DNA of 64,000 nucleotides from Eledone cirrhosa. Its lineage: Eukaryota. The DNA is taken from contig OZ024747.1 in NCBI GenBank assembly GCA_964016885.1, positions 22,010,001 to 22,074,000 of the forward strand, written 5' to 3'. Both the position numbers and the translations under genes were made by a program. The notes beneath the pieces are model-generated. The model did not search any database, was not told the DNA's origin, and was given only the letters and a program-made list of their open reading frames with translations. Shown here piece after piece: positions 59,301 to 64,000 of the stretch (position 1 is the stretch's first letter; each line of letters begins with the position of its first letter).

Positions 59301-59824
59301 ACAACTTCCAAAAGTCCTTGGCCTGGCAGTGCTACCGAGGAGCTCTACCAGTTCGAGACAAGCTCTACAGACATGGGCGCCCGGGAAGGGACCCTGCAAA
59401 ACAGATCTGTCCGAGGTGCGTGCGAGACGAAGAAACCGTCGCGCACGCATTCATACGCTGCCCGGGCGTCACCGACCTGTGGGATTATGTAGAACGACTA
59501 TTGTCGCGGGTGGGACCAATCCGGTTGACCACCGAGTCCATTGTCATGATCAAACCGCCACCCTCCTTCAAAAACGAAGGAGAGGCGGTTTTCCTTTGTG
59601 TGATAGCTATGGCGAAAGAGGTTGTATGGTGGACAAGGTTGAAAGGGCTGAGGTCAGCCACCTTTCTCTCCGGCCAACAACTGATTTTTTTTTTCAAATA
59701 CCAATTTGGAAGAAGAATCAGGATGGAGAGAGAGGTGCTGTACCCCAGCAAGTTTTATGAAAGGTGGGTGAAAGTGGCGAGAATGGCCCGAGTGAATGGG
59801 CCTTCTCTCTATATCAGCCTGTAG
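56394..59824 (+). pseudogene. LINE ORF2: APE endonuclease, RT, CCHC zinc knuckle; frameshifted
   Basis: NVRGL, GDWN, YLDRVL, SDHKLV, YWKLN; KSPGLDG, FRPITLLN, DQSKAFDRV, RQRCPLS, YADD; CPRC..ETVAHAFIRC; split over several frames with internal stops. Confidence 0.95.
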
Positions 59825-60321
59825 GTTGAGGAAAAAGAGGAGTAGAGGAAAGGAGTACAAACTCTTCGTACTCCTGGAGATGAGGGTTGCACATTTTTTT
59901 TCGGGGGTATGTGTTACCCATATGAAATGTCTCCCCCTATTGGGGAAAATCGACTAATTTTTAAATTGCATTTGTGATAACATTTTACACGTTTTTATTG
60001 TATGTAAACTTCCCCCTTTGTATTTGTCCCCTTCTTTTGTGCCCCTGTGGCTAATAAAGAAACATCTCTATCTATCTACCCCCACCCCCTACACACACTC
60101 TCTCTTACTTTCTCTCCTTCTCTGGAAGAAATCGGTTGTGTTCCGACCCGGAGAGGAGACGGCTACGCCAAATATTGTATATGCCCAAGACACGCCGTGT
60201 TTCACGACGGCAATCCTACGACTCCATCAGAAGTATCGGGTCCAAACATCCATACATACCATTCATAGCACAATGGCAAAATGGAGAGAATCCAGCAGAT
60301 CACTAACTCCATACACTAGAG

Positions 60322-62826
60322 CAAAGGTTCTCAACGGGGGGCATATGCACACCCGGGGGGCGTTTCGGAACACCAGGGGGACGTTTGGGAGCAAGGTCGC
60401 GTTAGGGGGGCGTTTGGAGCTTGAGGGGGGGGGGGGGGCTAGGGGGCGCTGGAAGACTCTTTAATTTGGTAAGTTTTATAAGACATATTTGTATGTCTTT
60501 GAGACACCCAGTGTGAATGCATTTGAATGAGCTTGCAGACAGCATAACTATAGTCTGACCGCAGCTGTGAGCAGGTGTGCAGGCGTGTCTAGAAATTAAC
60601 CGGTAATTGAGATCCTAAAAATGAAAAAACACACATTCATCTGGGTTAAGGACACTTTGAGCGCAGCCAGTTAGAATCTTATCTTTCCTTCACCGATAAC
60701 AATGTATTTCATGTCTGAAATTATTGACTCAACCGTAACGAGTTAACACTATGTAGATCTATTCTATTCCCTATTGTATAAATAATATTACAAATAAAAA
60801 AATAAAAAAAACACAGAAGCGGGTAGCACACACATCAAGGACCACATACAACATATAAGCAGGTAATAGACGCATCTAAGACCACATACAACACATAAGC
60901 AGGTAATACACATATCTAGGACCACATACAACACATAAGGAGGTAGCACACACACATCTAGGACCACATAAAACACATAAGCAGGTAATACACGCATCTA
61001 AGACCTCATACAACACACAAGCAGGTAATACACGCATCTAAGACCTCATAAAACACATAAGCAGGTAATACACGCATCTTAGACCACATACAACACATAA
61101 GGAGGTAGCACACACACATCTAGGACCACATAAAACACATAAGCAGGTAATACACGCATCTAAGACCACATACAACACATAAGCAGGTAATACACACATC
61201 TAGGACCACATGCAACACATAAGGAGGTAGCACACACACATCTAGGACCACATAAAACACACAGGCAGGTAATACATACATCTAGGACCACATACAACAC
61301 ATAATCAGGTAATACAAACATCTAGGACCACATACAACACATAATCAGGTAATACAAACATCTAGGACCACATACAACACATAATCAGGTAATACAAACA
61401 TCTAGGACCACATACAACACATAATCAGGTAATACAAACATATAGGACCACATACAACACAATCAGGTAATATATACATCTAGGACCACATACGACACAT
61501 AAGGAGGTAATACATACAGCTGGGACCACATGCAATACATAAGCAGATAATACATACATCTAGGACTACATACAACACACATTGTATCATGTTCTACGGA
61601 CGACGCAAGAGCAATGGTCGGCCAACATTGTGTCATTCATCGACAACACTTGGCTGCGAAGAAATTCAGCAAGCCTCTGAGCAAGTCCTTGCAAGTGGCC
61701 ATTGACGTCATCAATTTTATCAAACGGCATTCCCTCAATGAACGAATTTTCCAGCAACGAATTTTCCAGCAACTGTGCCAAGGTAATGACGAAGAATTCG
61801 TCAAGTTGCTCCTTCATACTGAAGTGAGGTGGCTTTCAAAGGGCAAGTGCTTTACTCACTTCTTTGAACTCTTCGACTCTATCACTGAGTTTCTGCGAGG
61901 ACGCAACACAGAACTGTACAAGAAAACCATCGATGTGAGGCAAAACTGCGCCTACCTCACCGACATCTTCGACAAATGCAATAGCGTCATTTTGGCTTTG
62001 CAGGGGAAGAAGATCACCTTGCTTAAAGCAAGGAATGCTGTGAAAACATTCCTGGCCAAATTGAATGTCATTGAAAGGAATCTTTGTTGACGGGAATTCT
62101 ATAATTTTCCTAGTGTCGCCAATGTTCAAAACATTGTAAGCGATGACCAACTCCAAATTTATACCACTCACCTCCGTGCACTACAAAACAACATGAGAGA
62201 ACGGTTTGTCGACCTTTTGCCGATGGACATCCCAATGTGGATAGCAGATGCTTTCATAGCTAACGTCGACGATTTGGACGTTAAATTTCAGGAAGAATTC
62301 ATTGAACTTCAAGCAGGTGACATGATCAAAATTAGATTTCCCAAAATAGGTGAACCCCTTTTTGGGATGCAAGAGGAAATTCAGCGTTGATTTCCACACC
62401 TACATGCAGCGGCTAAGAGATTTGCTCTGCCTTTTCCAAGCTCATACTTGGATTGCACAGTAAGGCTCGCAACCGCTACAATCTAATTACACGTGGAGAT
62501 CTCTGGCTACATCTTGGAAAATTCAGCCTCACGTCAAAGAGTTATCTAGACTCCATGAAGCTTAAGGGTCCCTTTGAAATGAGTCAAAGTTAAAATAACT
62601 TGATTTATCCGAAAACTTGGACATGCTATTGTTACAAAGCAAACTAACAATTTTTTAATTTGTAGTTCCAGTCTGACTGGACTAATCAATCTTTTAGTAA
62701 GCTACTGATATCAAAATCAGTAGTATATTGACAAATGGAAAAATAGGGTAGGGTGGGGGGCGGGGGCGATTCGCGATTTCAAGGGACAAAAAGAGGCATT
62801 TGGCCTAAATGGGTTGAGAACCTGTG
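60322..62826 (+). mobile_element. Defective Buster-type hAT, copy 2
   Basis: TIR CAAAGGTTCTCAAC / GTTGAGAACCTGTG; perfect 8-bp TSD CACTAGAG (60314-60321, 62827-62834); expanded minisatellite 60810-61580. Confidence 0.95.
61590..62577 (+). pseudogene. hAT transposase pseudogene
   Basis: Same motifs and same TGA (62088) as copy 1, plus private indels and stops. Confidence 0.9.
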
Positions 62827-63327
62827 CACTAGAGTATAACTGTAACAATAGAATCTGAAGACGTTATATTTTTTGGCGCATGCGGACTACCCTCTCTCCC
62901 TCTCTTTCTTTCCAATTCTCTTACTCTCCTTTATATAGATATAGCCGTGATGTTAATCTCCTTGGATAACCGTCTTCTCTTATAATCACGGTCCAAATAA
63001 ACGCTTTTAAGAGAAATAGGGTAGACAGAAACTGCTCAAAATCCCATCGGACGACTCTGGACTTAAACCACTAAGGCAGTCATGGGCAAACTGCGGCCCG
63101 ACAGCCGCATGTGGCCCGTTTGGTTTTCTGAATGGCACAGTTAACCTCTGCGGTATTTGACCTCAGAACGTAAAGGGCTGTAGCTATAAGTCGCAAGGAA
63201 TATTGTTCAATGTTCTACTAATACTACCAATCCACCGTCCTTGACTAATAATGATTTCTAGTATAGGTACAAGGCCAGTAATTTGGGGGGAGTGGAAAGT
63301 CGATTAAATCGACCCCAGTACGTTACT

Positions 63328-63571
63328 ATGAATTGTTTTCGTAGCAGGAGAGACTTCCCCCGGAGAGACTGGCGAACCAAGTACTTAAATGGAACCCACA
63401 GGGACGCAGACGGAGAGGGCGACCCAAAATGAACTGGCGCCAGACAGTTGAGAGGGACCTGCGAGCGACAAACAGACAATGGCGGCACGCTGTGCAACTG
63501 GCTGCTGACCGAACGCGATGGAACACTATGATTGCCTCATGCGTCGCAAGATGCGGGAGCTTCTGAGTCTG
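63328..63571 (+). mobile_element. 5'-truncated RTE LINE inserted in a SINE
   Basis: TSD AGTACGTTACT (63317-63327, 63572-63582); RLPPERLANQVLKWNPQGRRRRGRPKMNWRQTVERDL..DRTRW; (CTGAGT)2 tail; empty site at ~50481. Confidence 0.9.
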
Positions 63572-64000
63572 AGTACGTTACTGGTGCTTTATTTTATCGA
63601 CCCCGTAAAGATGAAAGGCAAAGTTACCCTCGACGGGATTCGAACTCAGACCGTAAAGGACCGTAACAAAGCATGGTGTCCGACTCTCTACCGATACGGC
63701 GAATCCACCGCCCTGCCCTTGACTAATAATAAAACCGAAGTGAAACTTAAGAGGTGTGCGTGTTTTTGTGGGTGGCATGACCTCCCGAAAATATAGCAAT
63801 ATCTATTTCAATACAGGATTTTATATTACGTATCACAGAAACAAATCCAAGAACGAAGAAAACACACACACACACACACACACCCACCCACACCCACACA
63901 CACACACACACACACATACGCGTGCGCGCGCACACACGCATAACTCACACACACACACATAAACTAATACACACACACACACACACACACAGATGTATAC

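Overview
AT-rich, microsatellite-dense eukaryotic DNA. The SINE, RTE and Penelope repertoire and the long (TA)n/(CA)n/(CAC)n arrays resemble an Octopus (cephalopod) genome; this is inference, not a database hit. Almost all ORF-track entries are simple-repeat artefacts. Real coding remnants are all transposon-derived: two 5'-truncated Penelope-like elements (PLEs; Neptune-like 3107-5226 and Naiad-like 13177-16402), a degenerate L1/Tx1 LINE (54950-60078), two copies of a defective Buster-type hAT in a local duplication, and RTE and mariner fragments. There are also MITEs, Helitron ends and more than 20 tRNA-derived SINE copies. The most interesting layer is non-coding. About 16 type I hammerhead ribozymes lie in short, often fold-back PLE-derived elements inserted into (TA)n, and three unrelated families use a CCGANGA (U4C) core, two of them with a ~60-nt insertion in stem II. 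A covarying bulged hairpin (RCUC-stem-UN-GAGY) recurs 14 times in the PLE tail of about 9 unalignable families. A 451-bp retrozyme-like tandem unit carries an octamer motif. The LINE has a 34-nt intron-like spacer whose removal would fuse ORF1 to ORF2 in frame. No host gene is firmly supported; one candidate exon pair lies at 17913-18656.
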